From NCBI GenBank assembly GCA_963681965.1, contig OY820579.1, positions 640,001-704,000 on the forward strand: 64,000 nt of DNA. The letters run 5' to 3'. The translations under genes were made by a program, and so were the position numbers. This DNA is from a bacterium. GTDB lineage: Bacteria; Electryoneota; JAOADG01. Positions 19,572 through 28,676 of the stretch are shown here, piece after piece. Under the pieces are notes generated by a model. That model searched no databases. It was not told the DNA's origin and saw nothing but the letters and a program-made list of their open reading frames with translations. How positions within the stretch are numbered: position 1 is the first letter of the stretch; every line of letters starts with the position of its first letter.

Positions 19572-19991
19572 TTATTTCTTCACCGCATTCACCGCCAACC
19601 AGGGGCTGACAAACAGCGACAGCAGTACCACCAACCACATTCGCCCTTGATCGATACGATAGTCCGCAAGCAATTCATCCCAGCTATGACCGATAGCGAA
19701 CCGGAAGAAAACCGTTTCAAATATGATTGTCAGCGTACACCACATTAACCCTAACATCCAACCAGTCGATTCTTCAACCTGCTCGCTGTGCGATTTCACG
19801 AACCGTACGATTATCCAGTAGTAGATTACAATCAAGATGCCACCTTCGACGACCTCAGCGGTAAGTGGACTCATGATGCGAATCATCATCCCTTGTCGAA
19901 GTGTACCTCCGACAATCGCTAGGATAAACATGACGATCCATACTTTGAACGCACCGGAAAAGATAGACCCCTGTTCCTCATTTGCTCCCAT
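19572..19991 (-). CDS. Small membrane protein (about 4 TM)
   Basis: Hydrophobic helices with G.MW..LT..FE and SWDELLADY...GR.W pattern. Confidence 0.7.
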   Translation of the reverse strand: MGANEEQGSIFSGAFKVWIVMFILAIVGGTLRQGMMIRIMSPLTAEVVEGGILIVIYYWIIVRFVKSHSEQVEESTGWMLGLMWCTLTIIFETVFFRFAIGHSWDELLADYRIDQGRMWLVVLLSLFVSPWLAVNAVKK

Positions 19992-20021
19992 GGTTGACTG
20001 CCTCCATTGTTGATGTTGATG

Positions 20022-22115
20022 TTAAGATGACCGCTTCTTCCGATTTACCGCACCTAATTTTACCCGATTCGTGGTACCCTGCTTGCCACGTTTCGTCAAT
20101 CCTTTTTGGTCGGGTTGAATACCCAGCACATCGATCGCCTCTCCGCGCAACAGCGCAATCCGGTCGCGTAGCGCGGCAGCGCGTTCAAATGAAAGTGTGC
20201 GTGCGGCTTCTTCCATTTCCGCTTCCAAGCGTTCGATCAACTCTTCCCGTTCCCATTCGGAGAGTTCAGTGCGAATCGATGTGGTCTTCTCCGGTTTGTC
20301 GATCCGGTCGGTGGCATCTTTCACGCCGATCATTATATCGGAGATCGATTTGCGGATCGTGGTTGGAATGATTCCGCGCTCGGTGTTGTACTGCACTTGT
20401 TTTTCGCGACGCCGATTGGTCTCGTCGATCACTTTCCGCATCGATTCGGTGACGGTATCGGCATAAAAAATCACTTTTCCGGCGCTGTTACGTGCCGCGC
20501 GTCCTGCCGTCTGCATTAGCGATCGCGCACTGCGGAGAAATCCTTCCTTATCCGCATCGAGAATTGCAACCAGCGCAACTTCCGGCAAATCGAGCCCTTC
20601 GCGCAAGAGGTTGACGCCGACCAGCACATCGAATTGACCGATCCGCAGATCGCGGATAATATCGATCCGTTTCAGCGATTCGATTTCACTGTGCAAATAC
20701 TCGACTCGGATACCGTTGTTCCGCAAAAAAGTCGTGAGATCTTCCGACATCCGCTTGGTCAGAGTAGTTACTAACACCCGCTCGCCACGCAACACGACCT
20801 GCTGAATTTCCGCCATCAAATCATCGATCTGATGTTCAGTCGGTTTCATTTCGATAATGGGATCGAGTAGTCCAGTCGGTCGCACCACCTGTTCGACCAC
20901 GACCCCTTCCGATTGGGTCAATTCGTAATCGCTTGGAGTCGCCGACACAAATATTCCCTGTTTGACAATCGCATTCCATTCATCGAATTGCAACGGTCGG
21001 TTGTCGAGTGCACTCGGCAGCCGGAAACCGTATTCGACCAACGTCTCCTTGCGGTGACGGTCGCCGTTGTACATCGCGCGGAGCTGCGGGATCGTGACAT
21101 GCGATTCGTCGATGAACACCAGCATGTCGTCCGGGAAGTAATCGAGCAGACAAGCGGGGCGCATTCCCTCATCGCGTAGCGACAGGTGTCGCGAATAATT
21201 TTCGATCCCACTGCAGAATCCGACTTCGCGCAGCATTTCGAGATCGAATTTACAGCGTTGTTCGATACGTTGCGCTTCGATTAATTTTCCGGCACTCTTA
21301 AATTCTGCAATCCGGTCATCCAGCTCTTTGTTGATGCGACCCAGCGCCTCTTTCATGGTCGCAGGAGACGTCACGAAGTGCTTTGCCGGGAACACCACCA
21401 ATACCGGCAATTCGGACAACACTTCGCCAGTGAGTGGATCGATGCGCCGGATTTTTTCGACGACGTCGTCATTCAATTGAATCCGGTAGATCTCCTGTTC
21501 GTATGCTGGATGAATCTCGATCACATCGCCGCGCACCCGAAATTCACCGCGTGCCAACTCGAGATTGTTGCGCGAATAATAAATATTCACCAGATGCTGC
21601 ACGATTTGATCGCGGGTAATCGTCGCACCGAGATCGACTTGGAGATATTGCGTGGCAAACTCTTCCGGACTACCGAGACCGTAAATACACGACACCGACG
21701 CGACAATCAGTACATCCCTTCGAGAAAGCAGCGAAGCGGTGGCTTTCAGTCGCAACCTGTCGATTTCGTCGTTGACGTCGGTCTCTTTCTCGATGTAGAT
21801 GTCTTTCGAAGGAACGTATGCTTCCGGCTGATAATAGTCGTAATAGGAGATGAAATATTCGACGGCATTGTCCGGAAAGAACTGACGGAACTCGCCGTAA
21901 AGCTGAGCGGCAAGTGTTTTATTATGACTGAGAATCAACGTCGGTCGCTGGAGTTGGGCAATGATATTCGCCATCGTGAAGGTTTTGCCGGAACCGGTGA
22001 CACCAAGCAACGTCTGCCACGGCAACCCTTGCTGGATACCGGTGACGAGCGCAGCGATCGCTTCCGGTTGGTCGCCTTGCGGAACCAAGTCGGTTTTGAG
22101 TTCGAACTGAGGCAT
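20022..22115 (-). CDS. uvrB: Excinuclease ABC subunit B
   Basis: GDQPEAI, LLGVTGSGKTFT, YYDYYQPEAY, DESH, LLREGLDLPEV, C-terminal UVR domain FERAAALRD. Confidence 0.97.
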   Translation of the reverse strand: MPQFELKTDLVPQGDQPEAIAALVTGIQQGLPWQTLLGVTGSGKTFTMANIIAQLQRPTLILSHNKTLAAQLYGEFRQFFPDNAVEYFISYYDYYQPEAYVPSKDIYIEKETDVNDEIDRLRLKATASLLSRRDVLIVASVSCIYGLGSPEEFATQYLQVDLGATITRDQIVQHLVNIYYSRNNLELARGEFRVRGDVIEIHPAYEQEIYRIQLNDDVVEKIRRIDPLTGEVLSELPVLVVFPAKHFVTSPATMKEALGRINKELDDRIAEFKSAGKLIEAQRIEQRCKFDLEMLREVGFCSGIENYSRHLSLRDEGMRPACLLDYFPDDMLVFIDESHVTIPQLRAMYNGDRHRKETLVEYGFRLPSALDNRPLQFDEWNAIVKQGIFVSATPSDYELTQSEGVVVEQVVRPTGLLDPIIEMKPTEHQIDDLMAEIQQVVLRGERVLVTTLTKRMSEDLTTFLRNNGIRVEYLHSEIESLKRIDIIRDLRIGQFDVLVGVNLLREGLDLPEVALVAILDADKEGFLRSARSLMQTAGRAARNSAGKVIFYADTVTESMRKVIDETNRRREKQVQYNTERGIIPTTIRKSISDIMIGVKDATDRIDKPEKTTSIRTELSEWEREELIERLEAEMEEAARTLSFERAAALRDRIALLRGEAIDVLGIQPDQKGLTKRGKQGTTNRVKLGAVNRKKRSS

Positions 22116-22140
22116 TGATACTATCCTAGTGATCTACTTC

Positions 22141-22169
22141 AAGGTAGGAGTCTGACACGAACCTGTCAA
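22141..22169 (-). promoter_or_regulatory. Sigma70-type promoter of uvrB with overlapping palindrome
   Basis: Minus strand TTGACA-17 bp-TACCTT; TGACA-N6-TGTCA at 22153-22168. Confidence 0.6.
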
Positions 22170-22224
22170 GTTGTCGTTAGAAAAAATGAGAGCAGGGACG
22201 CTTTATCGGTTAGTAAGGGGGCGT

Positions 22225-23742
22225 CTATTCGTTCCACTCGTCGTTGCGGTGGCGAGGCACAAACTGCCACGAACAGAGCCGCCAGGAAATTCGCCCTGAC
22301 GCGGTTGCGTCCATCACAAATGGGGGGGGAACATACTTGAAGCGCTCGTCGTAGAGGTAGCCTTTGTTATAGCCCGTTCCAAAATTGTAATAGTGGTGAA
22401 CAATTCCGCGACGGCGTTGTGCCAGCGCGCCACGAATATAAATATTCCCGCGCTCGTCCGGGGCGTAATTGGTCGGAACGGTTCCGGGGATGTTTTGATC
22501 TTCAAAGGTGAAACTCGCATTGAGGGCGATAATCTGTGCGCAAACTGCAATATCGCGCTGACCTTGTTGCGATGGCGACCATTGTGCCCCATTTCCGCGA
22601 CCATTTGCCGGGACATCTGCCACGAGGATACCGGTCTCGGGTTGAGTCGAGTCGCCCGTTGGCTCGGCGGCTTCGCTTAAGATGGTCATCATCGAAAAGA
22701 ATCGGGTCGTATCTGGCATATAGGGAGGAGACTGACAGTCCTCATACACCATATTGTCCATTAATCGGATCGAATTTTTCGCTCCGATTGCGACCCGCCC
22801 GGCGACATAACCACTAATCCAGAGCGTACCATCGCAGAAGATCGGATAATCCACTGCAGGATTCCATGACAAATTGAAATCGGATGCGCCTCTCCGATAA
22901 GTCGATGGAGTACCGGTTTGCCACGACCAGCCATCGGCGGAAGTACCATGAAAATACAATCCGAACGTCCGATCGGAGTGATTATTTCCCATTAGCCACG
23001 CGCCACTACCGGCTGCCGCCGAACGTAAATATTCCGCCCGATACGGAAAGTCGATTCTCGAGGTATTTAACCGAAAACCCTTCCGGAAAATGGCATTTCC
23101 CGGATTACCCATAAACGATTGTGCGGTTGAAGAGACCACGTCGTAGAAATTGCCGCCAATCATCGCGATTTGCGAGTTGGAATGCACCCGACCGCGCAAA
23201 GTGTCGCGCTCCCAAAAATAGATAAAGTCGCCAAACCGGGTCTGTTCGATATCGGTTAGATAAAAATAATTGCTGAAAAATTGACGCTGAATAATCAGAC
23301 GCGCTTTGCGTCTCACTTCGTGTTTGTGTCCCAGAAAATCGTTGTACTCCACCGCACCGGTGGCGGTGAGCACGAATTCAGTAGCGAAATTGGAAAGCGT
23401 CGTCGAATGAAGAGTGGAAAACCGCTGCGTTGCTTTCACCATAGGACGATAATAGCGCCCCATCCCTTCGATGATGCCATCGTTGAAAGTGGTGATCGAA
23501 TAGGCGGATAAATCGGTCGGGCGGGCATTGCGCATGTATCCCAGCGGAACTTGAATCACCGCGGCTTGTGCTACGTAATATGCTTGGGTTATGGCGATTT
23601 GTCGGCGCGCATTTAACTGCGCTGCCACTTGCCACTTCAGATATGCCAGCGATGTCAGCAACAATAGTGTCGACATTGCCACAGCAAACAGAAGCGAGTG
23701 ACCTCGGGAACGATGTGGGATATAGGGATGCCGTGTCATCAC
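22225..23742 (-). CDS. PilX-like minor pilin / pilus assembly protein with a large C-terminal globular domain
   Basis: RSRG|HSLLFAVAMSTLLLLTSLAYL class-III-like leader and helix, QAYYVAQA (PilX_N-like), LTATG; later GRVHSN, DERG..G, GTGYNKGYLYDERF...PPPF, terminal W-containing strand. Confidence 0.72.
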   Translation of the reverse strand: MMTRHPYIPHRSRGHSLLFAVAMSTLLLLTSLAYLKWQVAAQLNARRQIAITQAYYVAQAAVIQVPLGYMRNARPTDLSAYSITTFNDGIIEGMGRYYRPMVKATQRFSTLHSTTLSNFATEFVLTATGAVEYNDFLGHKHEVRRKARLIIQRQFFSNYFYLTDIEQTRFGDFIYFWERDTLRGRVHSNSQIAMIGGNFYDVVSSTAQSFMGNPGNAIFRKGFRLNTSRIDFPYRAEYLRSAAAGSGAWLMGNNHSDRTFGLYFHGTSADGWSWQTGTPSTYRRGASDFNLSWNPAVDYPIFCDGTLWISGYVAGRVAIGAKNSIRLMDNMVYEDCQSPPYMPDTTRFFSMMTILSEAAEPTGDSTQPETGILVADVPANGRGNGAQWSPSQQGQRDIAVCAQIIALNASFTFEDQNIPGTVPTNYAPDERGNIYIRGALAQRRRGIVHHYYNFGTGYNKGYLYDERFKYVPPPFVMDATASGRISWRLCSWQFVPRHRNDEWNE

Positions 23743-23875
23743 GTTCTCCGATATTTTCTCAATGTCTTGGAAATCCGGTGGAGAACACTATCAAATGAAA
23801 CAATATTTATACTTAAAATTCAATTATGCAAGCGGAAAATCGAAACTTCCAATTTTTCTTGAGACCTCCTCGCAA

Positions 23876-25012
23876 CTACCATTCAACAATCGGGATCGAA
23901 AACGGCGCTCGCTGATTGGTAAATCGAGTGTCGTAAGTCATGACTTTCCCATAGCCCGTGCCCTGATGGACAGTCGAATGCAAACAACCCCGCTTTTTCT
24001 GCATAATACTACCAGTTACATAAATCGTTCCCCGCTCATCGGGTCGCGACTGGCTGCGGTAAGCATCAACCGAATCGTTCTGATCTTCGAACGTAAAACT
24101 ACCGTTTAATGCAATGATCTGTCCGTGAATGGCGATATCCCGGTGATCTTGACTGGAAGCGGAATTTCCTCCTCCATTTTCCCGACCATTCACAGTATTG
24201 TTCGCGATCAGTACACCGCATGGTGGTACATACGTAACGCCATCGTAGGAGTATTCGTAGGCTTCGCTGATAAGAGTGATCGAACTACTGGTGTTAATTG
24301 GCACTTGATAAGGATATTCAGAGCATTGTCCATCTTGATAAGTAAGATTATCCATCAGACGGATATTGCCCACAGCACCGATTCCAACTTTACCAAATAT
24401 TTGTCCGTCAATCCACAACTCGCCTTCGCAAAAAATCCCGAACGGGGTACTTGGATTCCAGGTAATTGCACCGGCTGCTTGCGACATATCATGCATCGGA
24501 GAAGGGGTTCCGGTCCGCCATCGCCACATCGTTGCGGTAGTACCATTGAACCATAAGCCATAGGAATACCGCCGCGAAGACAACCACCGTCCACCACTAC
24601 TGGCAGCCCGCCGCAGCTCGGTCGCTTGCGTCGGAAACACGACTTGAGGCGCATTGATTCGAACGCCCGCCGGAAGCGTCATCCGAACGGGTTGTAACGA
24701 TCCGCCGATGATCATCGAGTCGCAAATTCGATTTAAGGTCGGCGGCATACTGTATAAATCGTGGTTCGTCCGAATCCAGCCGACAATGCCGGTACGCGTC
24801 CACATCGAAGTATAATCGCGCTGATGCATGAGTTCGTCGTCACTGATATAGAGATAGCTGCTGGAATAATCGGGACGCGCCAGTACAAACGTCGGAAACA
24901 GCAGTACAATCAATGTCAAGGTATAGAATGATAACATTACCCACTGTTGTCGCAAGCAATGAGTGTTCACTAAAATCGCGGAATATGTTCGAGAGAACAT
25001 GTCTGCCTCCAT
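23876..25012 (-). CDS. Secreted paralogue of the PilX globular domain (copy A3)
   Basis: Signal peptide ...FVLA|RPDYSSSY; FCEGELW, IRLMD, ITLISEA, FTFEDQND, DERG, GTGYGK..YDTRF, RAPFSIP. Confidence 0.75.
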   Translation of the reverse strand: MEADMFSRTYSAILVNTHCLRQQWVMLSFYTLTLIVLLFPTFVLARPDYSSSYLYISDDELMHQRDYTSMWTRTGIVGWIRTNHDLYSMPPTLNRICDSMIIGGSLQPVRMTLPAGVRINAPQVVFPTQATELRRAASSGGRWLSSRRYSYGLWFNGTTATMWRWRTGTPSPMHDMSQAAGAITWNPSTPFGIFCEGELWIDGQIFGKVGIGAVGNIRLMDNLTYQDGQCSEYPYQVPINTSSSITLISEAYEYSYDGVTYVPPCGVLIANNTVNGRENGGGNSASSQDHRDIAIHGQIIALNGSFTFEDQNDSVDAYRSQSRPDERGTIYVTGSIMQKKRGCLHSTVHQGTGYGKVMTYDTRFTNQRAPFSIPIVEW

Positions 25013-25025
25013 TTTCCCAAATGGG

Positions 25026-26159
25026 TCAGTTGGTTATTGGAATTGCAAATGGCGCCGGACGATTGCGCCACCGTTGATCGTACCGCATTACTTTGATATA
25101 ACCGGTTCCACCGTGAGTCGAGCGATGAAGATACCCCTTGCGATACTGCATGATGCTGCCGTGAAAATAAATATTGCCACGCTCATCCGATCTTTGCAGG
25201 GATTGATAAGCGTCAGCGGTGTCGTTCTGATCTTCGAATGTTACGCTCGACCTTAGTGCTATGAGTTGTGCCGTGATTACAACATCGCGACGGTTTGTGC
25301 TGTCGAGTGGATAGGTACTACCGTTATCGCGACCATTTTCCCAAGTATTCGCAATCAAGATACCCGTATTCGGGGTGTTCCTATAATAGTAGTAAGGTTC
25401 GTTAACTTCGCTGATGAGTGTAATCGAGTTCGATGAAAACGGCGGTATCAACCAATTGGTAGCTGCAGTGGCATCGATACACCGCAAATCATCCATGATC
25501 CGGATCGATCCTGATGCGGCAATTCCCAATCTACCGCAAACAACCCCTTTGATCCATAATCTGCCATCACAGTAGATCGGATAGGTATCGATCCATCGCC
25601 ACGAAAAACTACCCATCGCTTCGGATTCGATTCCCATCGTCGACGGGGTTCCCGTGCGCCACCGCCAGTAGGTGGCGGTACAGCTATCGATAATCAATCC
25701 GTAAGTATATCTGTCCGATTCCGTGTTAAGATATCGTCCATAATATCGGACGAGGCGTCGAATCGAATCGGCGCGCGGTGAAAAACTGTAGTAGAGGGCG
25801 TGCTCGGCATAACCCGGATGGGGTAATCCTGCAAAGGTGGATCCTGTGCGAGAAGTAATTACACCACTAGTCGTCACGAATCCATTGAATATTGCGCCGG
25901 AGTGTACACCAATATCATGGTTGGAGCGAACCGGTCCATTTACTGTATCGCGACCCCTATACCAGACATATTCAAAATATCGGGTTTGTTCATTCTGCGT
26001 CAGGTACAGGTAACTACTAGAATAGTTTGGATCGGCAAGGAGTGGGAGCGCGAAAACACAAGTGAATAGTGTTGTAAAGAGTATGATCGCTCGATACCGG
26101 AGTAATTTTTGTCTGATCACAACCAAAGTCTCTTCTATTGTTATCATCATCACACACAC
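25026..26159 (-). CDS. Secreted paralogue of the PilX globular domain (copy B2)
   Basis: Signal peptide ...PLLA|DPNYSSSY; same conserved blocks; ends RNRPAPFAIP. Confidence 0.75.
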   Translation of the reverse strand: MCVMMITIEETLVVIRQKLLRYRAIILFTTLFTCVFALPLLADPNYSSSYLYLTQNEQTRYFEYVWYRGRDTVNGPVRSNHDIGVHSGAIFNGFVTTSGVITSRTGSTFAGLPHPGYAEHALYYSFSPRADSIRRLVRYYGRYLNTESDRYTYGLIIDSCTATYWRWRTGTPSTMGIESEAMGSFSWRWIDTYPIYCDGRLWIKGVVCGRLGIAASGSIRIMDDLRCIDATAATNWLIPPFSSNSITLISEVNEPYYYYRNTPNTGILIANTWENGRDNGSTYPLDSTNRRDVVITAQLIALRSSVTFEDQNDTADAYQSLQRSDERGNIYFHGSIMQYRKGYLHRSTHGGTGYIKVMRYDQRWRNRPAPFAIPITN

Positions 26160-26369
26160 TCACTGTTTTCATCATTTTTTTTCATTCGTTGAGCGTTGAT
26201 TTTATCGTCTAGTCAATGAAAGATCGAAATTGCATACGGTGCGGATTGATTCTGCCAACCGCTCGCGATCACGAATTCGCTGCGATAGTACTTCGTTCAA
26301 TCCTGCGACGATTTCTTGATCCATTTTCGATACAGCTTATTGGTATCCGACATCCGTTTCACCTAAACG

Positions 26370-27482
26370 TCAGCGTTCGACGATCGGAATCGAAAATGGT
26401 GCGCGGACATCGCGAAATCGCACATCCCAGATCCAATCCTTGTCATAACCCGTACCCGCATGTGTCGCGCGATGAAGGTAGTTTCGTTGTTTTTGCATGA
26501 TACTCCCGTGGAAATGTAACGCTCCCCGCTCGTCGCTTGTTATTATCGTACACTGGTATGCATCGTTCGTATCGTTCTGATCCTCAATTGTAAAACTCCC
26601 GTTCAGCGCAATTAGTTGTGCAGTAATAACTACATCATTCCGTTCCGGGTGATTCACGCCAATAAATCTTCCATTTTCGCGACCATTTTCCCAAGTATTC
26701 GCAATCAATATCCCCTGCCATGGAATCGGTCGATCGGTTGTGTAGGGAATTTCCCCTGCTTCGCTGATCAGCGTGATCGAATTCGGAGAGTTGACCGGTA
26801 TTCGCCAACCGGTCTCCGAGGTCGCGTCTTCACACCGAAGATCGCCCATTATCCGGATACTTCCCGCGGCGCCAATTCCCAACTTCCCGCGAGTTATCGC
26901 TTTCACCCACAACTCACCATCGCAGAAAATCGGAAAAGCCCGCGTCGTATCCCAATGCAGGGTGGTAATCGCTTGCGATGGGTCGCCATAGTGTGAGGGA
27001 GTACCGGTAGCCCATCGCCATGCTATTGCAGATTGACCTTCGAGCAACAGTCCATAAGTATAATGGTGTTGATAAGAGTTCAACCAGTAACCATTTCTGG
27101 CGGCAGCGTCACGCAGCTCGGTTGCCTGTTGTGGAAAGATGACTTGCCGGGCGTGCTCGACAAGCCCGACCGGATGAATTCCTCCCGAAATCACAACACC
27201 ACCGACAAAGAGTGAATCGGTAAAGTATTCCCACGCATTTATTATACTTAAATCATGATTGGTTCGAATTCGCCGTGGGAGTGTGTCCCTCATCCAAAAA
27301 GTCTGATAATCGCCATAGCGACACTGTTCTTCGTCGGTGATATAAAAATAACTACTCGAGTATGGTGGTCGCGCACACACTGAGTTCGATAAAAGCGAAC
27401 CAACCAAGCAACTCAGTACCATCCAGCAAATCGCAATGGATCTCATTTGATCTTTTTTCATCATCGCATTTGTCCTCGTCAA
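26370..27482 (-). CDS. Secreted paralogue of the PilX globular domain (copy A2)
   Basis: Signal peptide ...SVCA|RPPYSSSY; same conserved blocks; ends RAPFSIPIVER. Confidence 0.75.
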   Translation of the reverse strand: MTRTNAMMKKDQMRSIAICWMVLSCLVGSLLSNSVCARPPYSSSYFYITDEEQCRYGDYQTFWMRDTLPRRIRTNHDLSIINAWEYFTDSLFVGGVVISGGIHPVGLVEHARQVIFPQQATELRDAAARNGYWLNSYQHHYTYGLLLEGQSAIAWRWATGTPSHYGDPSQAITTLHWDTTRAFPIFCDGELWVKAITRGKLGIGAAGSIRIMGDLRCEDATSETGWRIPVNSPNSITLISEAGEIPYTTDRPIPWQGILIANTWENGRENGRFIGVNHPERNDVVITAQLIALNGSFTIEDQNDTNDAYQCTIITSDERGALHFHGSIMQKQRNYLHRATHAGTGYDKDWIWDVRFRDVRAPFSIPIVER

Positions 27483-27533
27483 TCGTCACCACAAAATCAT
27501 CAAATACATTCAGCAATTCGAACCGGGTAAGTA

Positions 27534-28664
27534 TTAGCGTTCGACGATCGGAATCGAAAATGGTGCCCGTTGTGTTAAAAATCGGGTATCGTACACCCAT
27601 TTTACATCGTAACCGGTTCCACCATGGGTCGAGCGATGAAGATAACCCGCCCGGTTCTGCATGACACTACCATGAAAATAGAGATGACCGCGCTCATCGG
27701 ATTGAGTAATACTTTGATAAGCGTCGGTTGAATCGTTCTGATCTTCAAAAGTGAAATTTCCGTTGAGTGCGACAATTTGTGCCGTAATTACTACATCGTT
27801 GCGTTCCGGGTGTTCCCAACCGAATTGCGATCCATTTTCGCGACCATTTTCCCAAGTATTGGCAATGATCACTCCTTGCCACGGAACCGCGCTACCGGTT
27901 GAATTGGACATCTCGCACGCTTCACTGATTACTGTGATCGAATTAGGCGAGGTTGCAGGTACTAGCCAATTGCTTGACATAGTCGCGTCTTCGCATCGAA
28001 GATCGCCCATAATGCGGATGTTTCCTGCAGCCCCAATACCCAGCTTACCACGCGCGATACCCTTCACCCATAATTCACCATCGCAGAATATTCCGAAGGT
28101 CCGAGAAGTATCCCAATTTAACATTCCTATTACTTGCGTCCGATCACCCATCGGCGACGGCGTCCCCGTGTGCCATCGCCAAATACTGCCAACTTGACCA
28201 TCGATCGTCAAGCCGTACACATACTGTTTTCGATACGAACTCAGCCAGCGACCATGAGATGTCGCGCTATCCCTCAATTCGGAAGCCATGATTGGAAATT
28301 CGATTTGACGAGCATGCTCGATTAACCTTGGAACATGGGGAAATGGCGGGTTATCGCCAAGCGCGACTCCACCGACAAAAAACGAATCGTTAAAATCGTG
28401 CCATAAATTTCGACTGGTGATAAAGAATTGAAAATTATGGTTGGTGCGCATCCGACGGGGTAATGTATCTCCGGTATAATAGAACAAGTAGTCCCCATCG
28501 CGTCGCTGCTCTTCGTCGGTCACCATGAAATAGCTGCTTGAGTAGGGTGGTCGTGCCAAGATTAAATTCGGCATCGGTACACCGATCAAACAGATTGCCG
28601 TGACGACAAAACCAATCGCACACCTGATTCGTAGATATCGTTTCATCATAGTATCACTCGTCAT
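27534..28664 (-). CDS. Secreted paralogue of the PilX globular domain (copy A1)
   Basis: Signal peptide ...LILA|RPPYSSSY; same conserved blocks; ends RAPFSIPIVER. Confidence 0.75.
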   Translation of the reverse strand: MTSDTMMKRYLRIRCAIGFVVTAICLIGVPMPNLILARPPYSSSYFMVTDEEQRRDGDYLFYYTGDTLPRRMRTNHNFQFFITSRNLWHDFNDSFFVGGVALGDNPPFPHVPRLIEHARQIEFPIMASELRDSATSHGRWLSSYRKQYVYGLTIDGQVGSIWRWHTGTPSPMGDRTQVIGMLNWDTSRTFGIFCDGELWVKGIARGKLGIGAAGNIRIMGDLRCEDATMSSNWLVPATSPNSITVISEACEMSNSTGSAVPWQGVIIANTWENGRENGSQFGWEHPERNDVVITAQIVALNGNFTFEDQNDSTDAYQSITQSDERGHLYFHGSVMQNRAGYLHRSTHGGTGYDVKWVYDTRFLTQRAPFSIPIVER

Positions 28665-28676
28665 CTCTTCGTATTC

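Noticed and set aside
21378-22118. 246-aa plus-strand ORF and similar long alternative-frame ORFs (e.g. 8009-8602, 59180-59752, 61849-62289, 63252-63701)
   Set aside because: Antisense or frame shadows of well-supported genes (uvrB, LPS genes, kinase, lon) with no recognisable motifs.
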